A DNA stretch of 64,000 nucleotides, from assembly GCA_011526565.1 (NCBI GenBank), contig WYBL01000116.1, forward strand, positions 3,019 to 67,018, in the 5' to 3' direction. The notes below the pieces were generated by a model, which saw nothing but the letters and a program-made list of their open reading frames with translations, was not told where the DNA came from and made no database searches. A program made the translations under genes and the position numbers. Source of the stretch: Acidobacteriota bacterium. Its GTDB lineage: Bacteria > Acidobacteriota > Vicinamibacteria > Fen-336. Positions 1-11,049 of the stretch are shown here, piece after piece. How positions within the stretch are numbered: position 1 is the first letter of the stretch; each line of letters opens with the position of its first letter.

Positions 1-826
1 CCGCGCGGTCGATCGCCAGCGAGACGTGGCGGTGCTCGATGCCGTCGGCCGAGCGCTTCGCGTCGAGGTCGGGCAGCGCCACGCCGGGGCCGCTGCGCGC
101 GGTCGAGGTCGCCACCAGCGCGGATGCCTTCTCCGGCACCCGGGTCGCGAACTTCGACAGCGGCACCACCTCGTCGACCAGCCGCCACTGCACCGCGCGC
201 TTGCCCTTCACGCCTTCACCGAGGGACGAGAACACGTCGGCCAGGTCGCGCCGCACCTTGCGCTTGTCGGTGACGCGGGTCAGGCCGCCGGTGCCGGGCA
301 GCACGCCGAGCAGGCTGACCTCGGGCAGGCTGACCGCCGAGTTCGAGTCGTCGACGAGCAGGATCTCGTCGCAGGCGAGCGCCAGCTCGTAGCCGCCGCC
401 GGCGCAGGCGCCGTTGACCGCCGCCAGCGACTTGAGCCCCGAGTGCGCCGAGGCGTCCTCGATCGCGAGCCGCGTCTCGTTGGTGAACTTGCAGAAGTTG
501 ACCTTGAACGCGTGGGTCGAGCTGCCCAGCATGTAGATGTTGGCGCCCGAGCAGAAGATGCGGTCCTTGCCCGACGAGATCACGACCACCCGCACCTCGG
601 GGTGCTCGAAGCGCAGGCGCTGGATCGCGTCGGCCAGCTCGATGTCGACGCCGAGGTCGTAGCTGTTGGTCTTGAGCGTGTAGCCCTCGCGCAGCGGGCG
701 CTCCTCGACGACGTCCATCACCAGGCGGGCGACGGGCGCTTCCACGTGCAGCTTCCAGTGCACGTAGCGCGAGGGGTGGGTGTCGAAGCGGACGGGGGCC
801 GCGGGCTCCGGGGCGTGGTGGTCCAT
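1..826 (-). CDS. boxC: benzoyl-CoA-dihydrodiol lyase BoxC, N-terminal ~275 codons (gene continues beyond the left edge)
   Basis: Absent from the ORF track because it runs off the edge. Reverse translation from ATG (CAT at 824-826) reads MDHHAPEPAAPVRFDTHPSRYVHWKLHVEAPVARLVMDV..NSYDLGVDIELADAIQRLRFEHPEVRVVVISSGKDRIFCSGANIYMLG..KVNFCKFTNETR..GGGYELALACDEILLVDD..LPEVSLLGVLPGTGGLTRVTDKRKVRRDLAD. This matches my memory of the BoxC crotonase-fold N-terminus. The + ORF 26..904 is Arg/Gly/Ala junk. Confidence 0.8.
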   Translation of the reverse strand, partial: MDHHAPEPAAPVRFDTHPSRYVHWKLHVEAPVARLVMDVVEERPLREGYTLKTNSYDLGVDIELADAIQRLRFEHPEVRVVVISSGKDRIFCSGANIYMLGSSTHAFKVNFCKFTNETRLAIEDASAHSGLKSLAAVNGACAGGGYELALACDEILLVDDSNSAVSLPEVSLLGVLPGTGGLTRVTDKRKVRRDLADVFSSLGEGVKGKRAVQWRLVDEVVPLSKFATRVPEKASALVATSTARSGPGVALPDLDAKRSADGIEHRHVSLAIDRA

Positions 827-864
827 GCGCTTTCGAGGCTAGCCCCGGGGCCCGGGACTGTCAA

Positions 865-907
865 GCAGTATAGTGCTTGGCGTCGACGCAGAAGTGCATT
901 ATAGTGC
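865..907. promoter_or_regulatory. paired 12-bp quasi-palindromic boxes flanking a perfect 10-bp palindrome; candidate BoxR/BzdR-type operator in the boxC-boxR divergent region
   Basis: Seen directly: GCAGTATAGTGC (865-876) and GCATTATAGTGC (896-907). They start 31 bp apart and each is one mismatch from the palindrome GCACTATAGTGC. They bracket GCGTCGACGC (880-889). The boxes lie 39-81 bp upstream of the boxC ATG and just upstream of the boxR ATG. Confidence 0.45.
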
Positions 908-915
908 TGCTCGCC

Positions 916-1692
916 ATGGAACGCGCGGACCTGCTCGCCGAACTCGGCCACCGGGTGCGCGAGCGCCGCACGGAGCGCGGGTTGACGCTGCGCGAGCTGG
1001 CGACGCGGGCGGGGCTGTCGCCGCGCTTCGTGGCCGAGGTGGAGGCGGGGCGCGGCAACCCGTCGGTGGCCAGCCTGGCCGCGCTGGCCGAGGGGCTGGA
1101 GACCTCCGCGGCGGCGCTGCTCTCGACCCCCGCCGCGGCCGCGGCCGGCGGCCCGCGGCTGCTGGCGCTGCTCGGGCTGCGCGGCGCAGGCAAGAGCAGC
1201 GTGGGCCGCCGGGCGGCGCGGCAGTTGCGGCTGCCATTCGTCGAGCTCGACCGCCGCATCGAGGAGGCCTGCGGCCTGACCCTCGACGAGGTCTTCGCGC
1301 TGCACGGCGAGCCCTACTACCGCCGCCTCGAGCGCGAGGCGCTGGAGGCCGTGCTGCGCGAGAAGCGGCCGCTGGTGCTGGCCACCGGCGGCGGTCTCGT
1401 CGCTGCCGCCGACACCTTCGGCCGGCTGCGCGAGCGCGCGGCGACCGTTTGGCTGCGGGCGCGCCCGGAGGACCACTGGAACCGCGTCGTGCAGCAGGGC
1501 GACCGGCGGCCGATGGCCGATCACCCCGAGGCGATGGCCGAGCTGCGGCGGCTGCTGGCCGCGCGCGAGCCGCTCTACGCGCTGGCCGACGCGGTCGTCG
1601 ACACCTCCCGCCTGGGGCTCGAGGCCGCGACGCGGGCCGTCGTCCAGGCTTTCTCGCGAAAGGGGGCGCGCGGCGGGGCGGAAGCTGTCTAG
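916..1692 (+). CDS. boxR: BzdR/BoxR-type transcriptional regulator (XRE HTH fused to shikimate-kinase-like domain)
   Basis: Track ORF 877..1692; I prefer ATG 916 (MERADLLAELGHRVRERR). It has an XRE-type HTH (RGLTLRELATRAGLSPRFVAEVEAGRGNPSVASLAALA) followed by a P-loop shikimate-kinase-like domain (LLGLRGAGKSSVGR..LPFVELD..ATGGG). It is divergent from boxC. Confidence 0.75.
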   Translation: MERADLLAELGHRVRERRTERGLTLRELATRAGLSPRFVAEVEAGRGNPSVASLAALAEGLETSAAALLSTPAAAAAGGPRLLALLGLRGAGKSSVGRRAARQLRLPFVELDRRIEEACGLTLDEVFALHGEPYYRRLEREALEAVLREKRPLVLATGGGLVAAADTFGRLRERAATVWLRARPEDHWNRVVQQGDRRPMADHPEAMAELRRLLAAREPLYALADAVVDTSRLGLEAATRAVVQAFSRKGARGGAEAV

Positions 1693-1704
1693 AATCGGCG
1701 GATC

Positions 1705-3195
1705 TTGAGCAACATCGTCAAGGAGCTGAAGGCGGATCTCACCCTCCGCTCGCTGCAGGACATCCTGAAGCCTTCGGAGCTGGCTTCGATCCGCCGCGGG
1801 CCGGCGCCGAGCCCTGCCGAGCAGAAGGCGCGGCAGAAGCTCGAGATCGTGCTCAAGGTCAGCGAGATGCTCTCGAACCCGGCAGCGGCCGACCGGCTGC
1901 CCGACGAGATCGTCGCCATCCTGCCGCAGATCGTCCCGGTCGAACGCACGGTGCTGGTGCTGGCCGACGAGGCGGGCGAGTTGCAGGCGCACAAGGCGTG
2001 GGTCGCGCCGGGCGTCGGCGCCGAGGCGGGCGTGTTCAGCCGCCAGATCGTGCGCTACGCGATGGACAACGCCGTCGCGGTGCTGTCGATGGACGCGGCC
2101 GGCGACTCGCGTTTCGACGCCGCCGGCTCGATCCAGGCCCAGCACATCCGCGCCTCGATGTGCGCCCCGCTGCGCGGCCGCCAGCGCATGCTGGGCGCGC
2201 TGGTCGCCGACAACGTCACTCGCACCGAGATGTTCGGCGAAGACGACCTGCGGCTGCTGGCCGGGTTCGCCAACCAGGCCGCAATCGCCCTCGAGAACGC
2301 CGAACTCGCCCGCAGCCTGGCCGAGCAGGCGCGGCGCCGCGAGGCGGAGCTGACGGGCCTGGTGGAGGAGCGCACCGCCAACCTGCGCGAGGAGAAGGAG
2401 CGCGCCGAGTCCGCCCGAGCCGAGGCGGATCGCCTGCGCGAAGTGGCGGAGGCCGCCACCCACGAGGCCGAGGAGGCGAGCCGCTCGAAGAGCCGCTTCC
2501 TGGCCAACATGAGCCACGAGTTGCGCACGCCGATGAACGCCATCATCGGCTACACCGACCTGCTCCTCGAAGAAGCCGCCGACGCCGGCGACGAGAGCCA
2601 GGTGCGAGACCTGAAGAAGATCGGCGGCGCGGCCAAGCACCTGCTGGCGCTGATCAACGACATCCTCGACATCTCCAAGATCGAGGCCGGCAAGATGACG
2701 CTGACGGTCGAAGACTTCGACCTCGCGACCCAGATCGGCCAGATCCAGGACACGCTGCGCCCGCTGGTGGCGCAGAAGGACAACCAGCTCGAGGTCACCT
2801 GCCCGCCCTCGCTGCCGATGCGGGCTGACGAGACGCGGGTGCGCCAGGTCCTCTACAACCTGCTCTCGAACGCCTGCAAGTTCACCGAGAAGGGGCGCAT
2901 CCGGCTCGACGTGCGCCACGAGCCGGACGGCTCCGGGCCGGGCTGGGTGGTCGTCGCGGTCGCCGATTCCGGGATCGGCATGACCCCGGAGCAGACCGGA
3001 CGCCTGTTCCAGGCCTTCGTGCAGGCGGACGACTCCACCTCGCGTCGCTTCGGCGGCACCGGCCTCGGCCTCGCGATCAGCCGCCATTTCTGCCGGATGA
3101 TGGGCGGCGACGTGACCGTCACCAGCGAACTGGGCCGCGGTTCGGTCTTCACCGTGCGCCTCCCCGCCGTCGTCACCCTGGCCTCCACCGAGTAG
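1705..3195 (+). CDS. sensor histidine kinase with N-terminal GAF domain
   Basis: Track ORF with TTG start. Contains a GAF-like region ([31 protein letters not shown]), a coiled coil, the H-box [21 protein letters not shown], and HATPase boxes [18 protein letters not shown] and [11 protein letters not shown]. Confidence 0.85.
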   Translation: MSNIVKELKADLTLRSLQDILKPSELASIRRGPAPSPAEQKARQKLEIVLKVSEMLSNPAAADRLPDEIVAILPQIVPVERTVLVLADEAGELQAHKAWVAPGVGAEAGVFSRQIVRYAMDNAVAVLSMDAAGDSRFDAAGSIQAQHIRASMCAPLRGRQRMLGALVADNVTRTEMFGEDDLRLLAGFANQAAIALENAELARSLAEQARRREAELTGLVEERTANLREEKERAESARAEADRLREVAEAATHEAEEASRSKSRFLANMSHELRTPMNAIIGYTDLLLEEAADAGDESQVRDLKKIGGAAKHLLALINDILDISKIEAGKMTLTVEDFDLATQIGQIQDTLRPLVAQKDNQLEVTCPPSLPMRADETRVRQVLYNLLSNACKFTEKGRIRLDVRHEPDGSGPGWVVVAVADSGIGMTPEQTGRLFQAFVQADDSTSRRFGGTGLGLAISRHFCRMMGGDVTVTSELGRGSVFTVRLPAVVTLASTE

Positions 3196-3271
3196 CCGCG
3201 AGCCGACGCGCACGAACTGCGCGCCAGAGACGGGCATACGCCTTGCTAAGTGGCCACTTTGGTGCGTGGAC

Positions 3272-3300
3272 TTGACACCACGATGCCGACGCCTTAACTT
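3272..3300 (+). promoter_or_regulatory. sigma70-like promoter candidate for the TonB receptor/ABC operon
   Basis: TTGACA (3272-3277), a 17-nt spacer, then TAACTT (3295-3300). It sits about 55 nt upstream of ATG 3354 in a locally AT-richer 158-bp intergenic region. Confidence 0.35.
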
Positions 3301-3353
3301 TTGCGCGAAAGTTGAAACGGGATTTCACTTTCGATATCAGAACGGAGATCTCG

Positions 3354-5744
3354 ATGAATCGCCCCCTCGCCCTGCTGACGGCCGTGCTGGCCGCCCTCCT
3401 CCCCGCCAGCGGGATCCTGGCACAGTCCACGGGCTCGGTCTCGGGCCGGGTCGTCGACGAGACCGGCGCGGTGCTCCCCTACGCCCGGGTCACCGTGCGG
3501 CTCGCCGCGCTCGGGTTCGAGAAGAGCGCGACGACCGACGAGGCCGGGCAGTTCCGGCTCGAGCTGCCCGCAGGCGCCTACGAGGTGACCGCGGAGATCG
3601 ACGGCTTCTCGCTGTCGCGCAAGAAGGTCGAGGTCGGCAGCCGGCCCGCCGAGGTGCGCTTCACGCTGCACCCCGGCGGCTTCGACGAAGAAATGACCGT
3701 GGTCGGCGCCAGCATCCTCGGCGGCCCCGAGACCGTGCGCCGGATACCGGGGTCGATCGAGGTGCTGCCGCCCGAGTTGCTCGAGTCGGCCCGCGTGCGC
3801 GACGTCTCCGAGGCGCTGCGCAAGGCCAGCGGCGTCACCGTGCGCGACGAGGAGGGCTTCGCGCTGCGGCCCAACATCGGCATCCGCGGCCTCAACCCGA
3901 CGCGCTCGACCAAGACGCTGCTGCTCGAGGACGGGTTGCCGCTGTCCTACGCGCCGTACGGCGACAACTCGAGCTACTACCACCCGCCGATCGAGCGCTT
4001 CGAAAGCGTGGAGATCCTGAAGGGCGCGGGGCAGATCAGCTACGGTCCCGTCACGGTCGGCGGGGTCGTCAACTACCTGACCCCCGAGCCGCCCCGCGAC
4101 CTGCGGGCCACCGCCCGCGTCACCGCCGGCAACCGCGACTACCTGAACGCCCACGCCAGTGCGGGCGGCACCTTCGGCCGCGCCGGACTGCTGCTCGACG
4201 TGATGCGCAAGGGCGGCGACGGCTCCCGCGACGCCGTCCACTCCGACCTCACCGACGCCACCTTGAAGGCCGTCTTCGCCCTTTCGACCCGCCACACCGT
4301 GACCCTGAAGGGCAACTTCTACGGCGAGGACTCGCAGGTCACCTACTCCGGTCTCCGGCTCGCGGAGTGGGAGGCCGACCCGCGCCAGAACCCGTTCCTG
4401 AACGACGACTTCACGGGCCGCCGCTTCGGCGTCTCGGCTCGCCACAACGCCCTCGTCGGCAGCGGCCTGCTGCTCTCGACCCAGGCCTACCACTCGACCT
4501 TCAGCCGCGACTGGTGGCGCCAGTCGTCGAACTCCGGGCAGCGCCCCAACGACGCGTCCGACCCGAACTGCCGCGGCATGGCCAACCTGCTGACCACCTG
4601 CGGCAACGAGGGCCGGCTGCGCGACTACGACACCACCGGCATCGAGACGCGGCTGCGTTTCGGCCACGGCCTGTTCGGCGCTCGCGGCGAGGCGGAGGTC
4701 GGCCTGCGCGCCCACTTCGAGGTGCAGGAGCGGATCCAGAAGAACGGCGACACGCCGACCGCCCGCGACGGCCGCGTCGTCGAGGACAACCGCCGCGAGA
4801 ACTCCGCCTGGTCCGGCTTCCTCCAGGAGCGCATCCTGCTGGGCCGCTTCACCGTCACGCCCGGCCTGCGCTTCGAGGCGATCGACTACGAGCGCACCAA
4901 CCGACTCGCCAACGGCGGCGCCGGCGCCACCGGCAGCACCTCGCTCACGCAGTGGGTGCCGGGCCTCGGCGTGGCGTGGAACGTCGACGACCGCTTCGCG
5001 CTGTTCGGCGGAGCGCACCGCGGCTTCGCCCCGCCGCGCACCGAGGACATCGTCAGCAACGCCGGCGGCACGGTCGACCTCGACCCCGAGCTGTCCTGGA
5101 ACTTCGAACTCGGCCTGCGTGGCGCGCCGCGCCCCGGCGTGCGCTTCGACGCCACCTGGTTCCGCATGGACTACGAGAACCAGATCGTGCCGGCCAGCCT
5201 CGCGGGAGGCCTCGGCGCCGCGCTGACCAACGGCGGCGCGACGCTGCACCAGGGCTTCGAGGTGGGCGCGCGGGTCGACAGCGGCACCCTGACGGGCAGC
5301 GAGCACAACGTCTTCGCCCGGCTCGCCTACACCGCCGTGCCGACGGCCCGCTTCGAGGGCGAGCGTTTCAGCAACGTGCCCGGTTTCGCGACCACCCGCG
5401 TCACCGGCAACCGCCTGCCCTACTCCCCCGAGCACGCGCTCAACGCGATGGTCGGCTACCGCCACCCGCGCGGCGTGCAGGCCCAGCTCGAGGCGGTGGT
5501 GACGAGCGCCCAGTTCGCCGACGACCTCAATACCGTCGCGTCTTCGGCGGACGGCCAGCGCGGCCGCATCGACGGCCACACGATCTGGAACGCGACGCTC
5601 TCGTACGACGTCAAGGCGCTCGACGGCAGCCTGTTCGTGGCCGTCAAGAACCTGACCGACGAGCTCTACCTCGCCGACCGCAGCCGCGGCATGCTGCCCG
5701 GCCTGCCGCGCCTCGTGCAGGCGGGCTTCGTCGCCCGTTTCTAG
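3354..5744 (+). CDS. TonB-dependent receptor with CarboxypepD_reg-like N-terminal domain
   Basis: Track ORF 3312..5744, with the start moved to ATG 3354 (signal peptide MNRPLALLTAVLAALLPASGILAQ). Contains GSVSGRVVDETGAVLPYARVTV (CarboxypepD_reg-like), a plug (ARVRDVSEALRKASGVTV..IRGLN) and a barrel ending ..VQAGFVARF. Confidence 0.85.
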   Translation: MNRPLALLTAVLAALLPASGILAQSTGSVSGRVVDETGAVLPYARVTVRLAALGFEKSATTDEAGQFRLELPAGAYEVTAEIDGFSLSRKKVEVGSRPAEVRFTLHPGGFDEEMTVVGASILGGPETVRRIPGSIEVLPPELLESARVRDVSEALRKASGVTVRDEEGFALRPNIGIRGLNPTRSTKTLLLEDGLPLSYAPYGDNSSYYHPPIERFESVEILKGAGQISYGPVTVGGVVNYLTPEPPRDLRATARVTAGNRDYLNAHASAGGTFGRAGLLLDVMRKGGDGSRDAVHSDLTDATLKAVFALSTRHTVTLKGNFYGEDSQVTYSGLRLAEWEADPRQNPFLNDDFTGRRFGVSARHNALVGSGLLLSTQAYHSTFSRDWWRQSSNSGQRPNDASDPNCRGMANLLTTCGNEGRLRDYDTTGIETRLRFGHGLFGARGEAEVGLRAHFEVQERIQKNGDTPTARDGRVVEDNRRENSAWSGFLQERILLGRFTVTPGLRFEAIDYERTNRLANGGAGATGSTSLTQWVPGLGVAWNVDDRFALFGGAHRGFAPPRTEDIVSNAGGTVDLDPELSWNFELGLRGAPRPGVRFDATWFRMDYENQIVPASLAGGLGAALTNGGATLHQGFEVGARVDSGTLTGSEHNVFARLAYTAVPTARFEGERFSNVPGFATTRVTGNRLPYSPEHALNAMVGYRHPRGVQAQLEAVVTSAQFADDLNTVASSADGQRGRIDGHTIWNATLSYDVKALDGSLFVAVKNLTDELYLADRSRGMLPGLPRLVQAGFVARF

Positions 5745-5762
5745 GCGAAGATCCGCGGCGCC

Positions 5763-6644
5763 ATGAAGCTCGTCCGCCTCGCCTCCCTCGTCGCCCTCGC
5801 CGGCGCCCTGCCGCTCGCCGGCGGGGGCTCGCTGCACGCCTCCGAGAAGCTCGTCGTCGCCCTCAAGCCGGACAAGAACCCGGAGCAGATGCTGGCCGAG
5901 CGCCGCGCGCTCGCCGACTACCTGCAGGGCGCGCTGGGGCGCCCTGCCGAGGTGATCGTGCCGCTGTCGGCGGCGGTGATCCTCGAGGGGCTCGCCAACG
6001 GCACGCTGGACCTCGCCTACCTCTCGGCCTCGGACATGCTCAACGCGCGCCGCGCTCGGATCGCGGACGTGCTGCTGGCCGGCGAGATCGGCGGCCGGCC
6101 CGAGTACCGCAGCTACTGGGTGGCGCTCGCCGACAAGCCGTTCGCGAGGGTCGACGACCTGCGCGGCCGCCGCGTCGCGTTCTCCTCGCGCACCTCGACC
6201 TCGGGCTACGTGATCCCCCACGCCGACCTGGTCCGCAAGGGGCTGCTCGAGGCCGGTGCGTCACCCGAGGAGTTCTTCGGCGCCGGCAACGCCTGGTACG
6301 GCAGCGGCTACGTCTCCGCCGTGGAGCGCGTGCTCTCGGGCGAGGCCGAGGCGGCGGCGATCAGCTACTACGTGCTCGACGAGGACAAGCACCTGAACCT
6401 GGAGCAGCGCCGGCGCCTGAAGAAGGTGGCGGAGCAGAGCCCGGTGCCGACCCACGTGCTGGCCGTGCGGCGCACGCTGCCCGGCGCGCCGCGCGAGGCC
6501 CTGCGCCGCGCACTGCTGGCGCTGAACGAGCCGGCCCGCGCCGCGCTGCGCGACAAGGTGTTCACGTCGAAGCTGGTCGCCGTCGACGAGGCGAAGCACC
6601 TGGCGCCGCTCGAAGAGGCCCAGCGGCTGATCGGCGCCCGGTAG
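5763..6644 (+). CDS. PhnD-like (phosphonate/phosphite-type) ABC substrate-binding protein
   Basis: Signal peptide followed by a PhnD/PF12974-like fold (LVVALKPDKNPEQM..LANGTLDLAYLSA..FSSRTSTSGYVIPH). The ligand is not determinable from sequence. Confidence 0.7.
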   Translation: MKLVRLASLVALAGALPLAGGGSLHASEKLVVALKPDKNPEQMLAERRALADYLQGALGRPAEVIVPLSAAVILEGLANGTLDLAYLSASDMLNARRARIADVLLAGEIGGRPEYRSYWVALADKPFARVDDLRGRRVAFSSRTSTSGYVIPHADLVRKGLLEAGASPEEFFGAGNAWYGSGYVSAVERVLSGEAEAAAISYYVLDEDKHLNLEQRRRLKKVAEQSPVPTHVLAVRRTLPGAPREALRRALLALNEPARAALRDKVFTSKLVAVDEAKHLAPLEEAQRLIGAR

Positions 6645-6647
6645 AGC

Positions 6648-7358
6648 TTGGCGGCGATCACGGCGCCGGCCCCCGGCGCCCCTCACCTGAGCCTGCGCGG
6701 GCTGGGCCTGCGCCGGGGCGAACGCTGGCTGTTCCGCGGCCTCGACCTCGAGGTGCGCCGGGGCGAGTTCCTCGCCGTCACCGGGCCCTCGGGCGCCGGC
6801 AAGTCGAGCCTGGTGGCGGCGCTCGCGGGACTGCTGCCCGCCTCCGAAGGCGGCCTGAGCTGGTGCGACGCCGCCGGCGCCGCGCAGCCGCCCGCCGCCC
6901 TGCGCGGGCGGCTCGGGCTCGTGTTCCAGGACCTGAGGCTGGTGCCGACGCTGCCGCTGCTCGACAACGTGTGCCTGGCCCGGCTCGGGCGTCACCCCTG
7001 GTGGCGCACGCTGGCCGGCGCGCCGCGCGAGGGCGAAGCGCGGGCGCGCGCGCTGCTGGGCGCGCTGGGCCTCGCCGAGGTCGCGGAGCGCACGGCGGCG
7101 TTGTGCTCGGGGGGCGAGCAGCAGCGCGCGGCGCTGGCCCGCGGCCTGTGCCTCGAACCCGAGGCCGTGCTCGCGGACGAGCCGGTCTCGGCGCTCGATC
7201 CCGACGGCGCCCGGCGTGCGCTCGGCGTGCTGCGCGACGAGGCGCGCGCCCGCGGCCTGACCGTCGTCTGCGTGCTGCACGACCGGCCCCACGTCGAGGA
7301 GTTCGCCGACCGCGCGCTGGTGATCGACCCGGCGCTGCCCGCGGGGTTCGCGCTGTGA
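6648..7358 (+). CDS. ABC transporter ATP-binding protein (PhnC-like)
   Basis: TTG start 3 nt after the upstream stop. Walker A GPSGAGKSS, signature CSGGEQQRAALAR, Walker B VLADEPVSALD. Confidence 0.8.
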   Translation: MAAITAPAPGAPHLSLRGLGLRRGERWLFRGLDLEVRRGEFLAVTGPSGAGKSSLVAALAGLLPASEGGLSWCDAAGAAQPPAALRGRLGLVFQDLRLVPTLPLLDNVCLARLGRHPWWRTLAGAPREGEARARALLGALGLAEVAERTAALCSGGEQQRAALARGLCLEPEAVLADEPVSALDPDGARRALGVLRDEARARGLTVVCVLHDRPHVEEFADRALVIDPALPAGFAL

Positions 7359-8173
7359 GCGCCCCGAAGCGCGGCCGCGCGCTCTACGAGCGGCTCGACC
7401 TCGAGACCGTGCTCGCCCTGCTGCTGGCCGCTGCGGCAGTGTGGTCGCTGCCGGTGCTGCGCGGCTCGGGGCGCGACCTCGACCACTGGGCCAACCTGAA
7501 GCGCTTCCTGGGCCGCTTCCTGCCGCCCGACCTCTCCGTGCTGCCCGACGTCGCGGCCGCGCTGGGCGAGACGTTCCGCATCGCCGTGCTGGCCACGCTG
7601 TTCGCGGTCGCCCTGTCGTTGCCGCTCGCGCTGTGCGCGGCGCGCACGGTGTCGCCGCGGCCGCTCGCGCTGCTGGCGCGCCTCGCGATGAACATGGTGC
7701 GCACGCTGCCGAGCCTGGTGTGGGCGCTGGTCGCGGTCGCGGTGGTCGGTGCCAACCCGCTGGCCGGCGTGGTGGCGCTGACGTTCTACTCCGTCGGCTA
7801 CCTGGGCAAGTTCTTCGCCGACGCCTTCGAGTCGGTCGACCTGAAGGTGGCTGCCGGCCTGCGCGCGCTGGGGGCCCACCCGATCCAGGCCTTCCAGTAC
7901 GGCCTGTGGCCGCAGGCGCGGCCGCTCGTGTGGAGCCAGTCGCTGTGGATGCTGGAGTACAACCTGCGCTCCGCGGCGATCGTCGGCTACGTCGGCGCCG
8001 GCGGCATCGGCGTCCAGCTCCACGCCTACCAGGAGTACTACCAGTGGGACCGCTTCGCGACGGTGCTGCTGTGCATCCTGGCCCTGGTGATCGCGCTCGA
8101 CCTGGTCGGCGAGCGCCTGCGCGCGCGCCTGCTGCGCCGCACGGGCTCGGCCGAGACGCTCGCCGCGGACTGA
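7355..8173 (+). CDS. ABC transporter permease (PhnE-like)
   Basis: These are the last 273 codons of the artefactual 1635-aa ORF 3266..8173. GTG 7355 overlaps the upstream TGA (GTGA). It is a hydrophobic permease (NMVRTLPSLVWALVAV, LKVAAGLRALGAHPIQAFQYGLWPQ). Confidence 0.75.
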   Translation: MSAPKRGRALYERLDLETVLALLLAAAAVWSLPVLRGSGRDLDHWANLKRFLGRFLPPDLSVLPDVAAALGETFRIAVLATLFAVALSLPLALCAARTVSPRPLALLARLAMNMVRTLPSLVWALVAVAVVGANPLAGVVALTFYSVGYLGKFFADAFESVDLKVAAGLRALGAHPIQAFQYGLWPQARPLVWSQSLWMLEYNLRSAAIVGYVGAGGIGVQLHAYQEYYQWDRFATVLLCILALVIALDLVGERLRARLLRRTGSAETLAAD

Positions 8174-8177
8174 AGCG

Positions 8178-9418
<1,241 letters not shown>

Positions 9419-9422
<4 letters not shown>

Positions 9423-11029
9423 CGCGCAGCCCCCGGCTGGAGCAGCGTGAAGCCCTCCTTCGCCTTCGCCTCGGCGACGATCCGCCGCACGTCCTCCAGC
9501 AGCCGCTTCGCGTCGTAGACGATGCCGTCCTTGATCGTGTAGCGCACGCCGCCGACACGGACCGGCTCGTTCTTCGCGTCGAGCTCGATCGCCCCGGTGC
9601 CGTACAGGGAGCCGAGGTGGGCCAGCGGGTTCTTCGAAAGCACCACCAGGTCGGCCTTCTTGCCGACCTCGACCGAGCCCACGTCCTTCGCGCGGCCGAG
9701 CGCCTCCGCGCCCTTCAGCGTCGCCGCGCGCAGCACCTCGAGCGGGTGGAAGCCCGCCTCGCGCAGCAGCTCCAGCTCGCGCACGTAGTCGAAGCCGTAG
9801 AGCTTGTAGATGAAGCCCGAGTCGGAGCCGGTGGTGACGCTGCCGCCGCGGTTCTTGTACTCGTTCACGAACGCCATCCACAGCCGGTAGTTCTCGCGCC
9901 AGGCCACCTCGTCCTCGGTGGTCCAGTAGAACCAGTACGAGCCGTGGGCCTTGCGCGAGGGCTGGTAGAAGCGCCACAGCGAGGGCAGCGTGTGCTCCTC
10001 GTGCCACTCGGCGCGGCGGGCCCGCATCAGGTCGCGGCTGGCCTCGTAGATCGTGAAGGTGGGATCGAGGTTGAAGCCGAGCGAGACGAGCTCGTCCATC
10101 ACCGCGTTCCACTTCGGGCTGAACGGCGCCGCCGCCTGCTTCCACAGCCGGCCGGCCTCGCCGAAGCGGTGCTGCTCGTCGTTGTAGTTGTAGCCGGCCG
10201 GAAAGTCCTGGACGGTGCGGCCCTCGAACAGCGCCTCGGGCAGCCCGTACCAGTGCTCCATGCCGTGCAGGCCCATGCGCGCGGCGTCGAGCACGTTGAC
10301 GCGCGCGACGCCCAGTTGCGCCAGGTGGGCCGTGGTGCGGATGCCCTGCTTCCGCGCCTCGTCGATGGTGGCCGCCATGATCGCCGGCGGCAGCGAGGTC
10401 AGCTTGAGGCCGTCGGCGCCCTGCTTCGCGACCGAGGCCACCCACGCCCGCGCCGCCTCGGGGGTGCTCGCCGGCGCCTTCAGGCCCTGGCTCCACCACG
10501 CGTAGGCCTCGATCCGCGGCGCCGTGATCTCGTTGCGCGCGCTCTTCGCCTTCGCCTCCAGCACCCAATCGAGCCCGTTGCCGGCCCCGGGATCGCGGAT
10601 CGTCGTCACGCCGTGGGCCATCCACAGCTTGAAGACGTACTCGGCAGGCGTGCCCTGCTCGCGGCCGCCGATGTGGGCGTGGGCGTCGACGAAGCCGGGG
10701 ATCACGAAGTGGCCGTCGAGCTCGCGGACCTCGTCGCCGGGTTCCGCCTTGGGCCGCCGCGACGGGTCGATCGGCACGCCGGGGAAGCCGACGCTCTGGA
10801 TCTTCGCGATGCGGTCCTTCTCGATGACGATGTCGACGGGGCCCACCGGCGGAGCCCCGGTGCCGTCGATCAGCGTCACGCCGCGCAGGATCAGCCGCCC
10901 CCACGGCCCCTCGCCTTCGGCCCTGGGGGGCGCCTTGGGAATGCCCCGCGCCTCCTCCTCGTCGGCCCCCGCGCCGCCGGCGAACAGCGCCAGCCCCGCG
11001 CACAGGACCAGTGACAGCCAGCGGTTCAT
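9419..11029 (-). CDS. secreted metal-dependent amidohydrolase family protein
   Basis: Signal peptide MNRWLSLVLCAGLALFAGGAGA, with SD GGAGG 7 nt upstream. Amidohydrolase motifs PGFVDAHAHIGG and TTGSDSGF. Confidence 0.8.
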
Positions 11030-11049
11030 CGCGCGACCTCCGGGACCTC

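Noticed and set aside
718-3237. 839-aa minus ORF and 651-aa plus ORF (873..2828) across the boxR/GAF-kinase region
   Set aside because: Both are low-complexity Arg/Gly/Ala/Pro translations antisense or out of frame to genes with clear HTH, GAF and HisKA/HATPase motifs.
3266-8173. 1635-aa + strand ORF, the longest in the track
   Set aside because: The translation is Arg/Pro/Gly/Ala-rich junk for its first ~1360 codons and overlaps four well-supported genes in other frames. Only its last 273 codons (7355-8173) form a real PhnE-like permease. It is a typical high-GC open-frame artefact.
5763-8173. Calling the ABC system a phosphonate utilisation (phn) locus with gene symbols phnDCE
   Set aside because: Only the transporter-type components are present. 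No C-P lyase, phosphonatase or phosphite dehydrogenase gene is in the window, and the PF12974 family binds other ligands too. Gene symbols are left blank.
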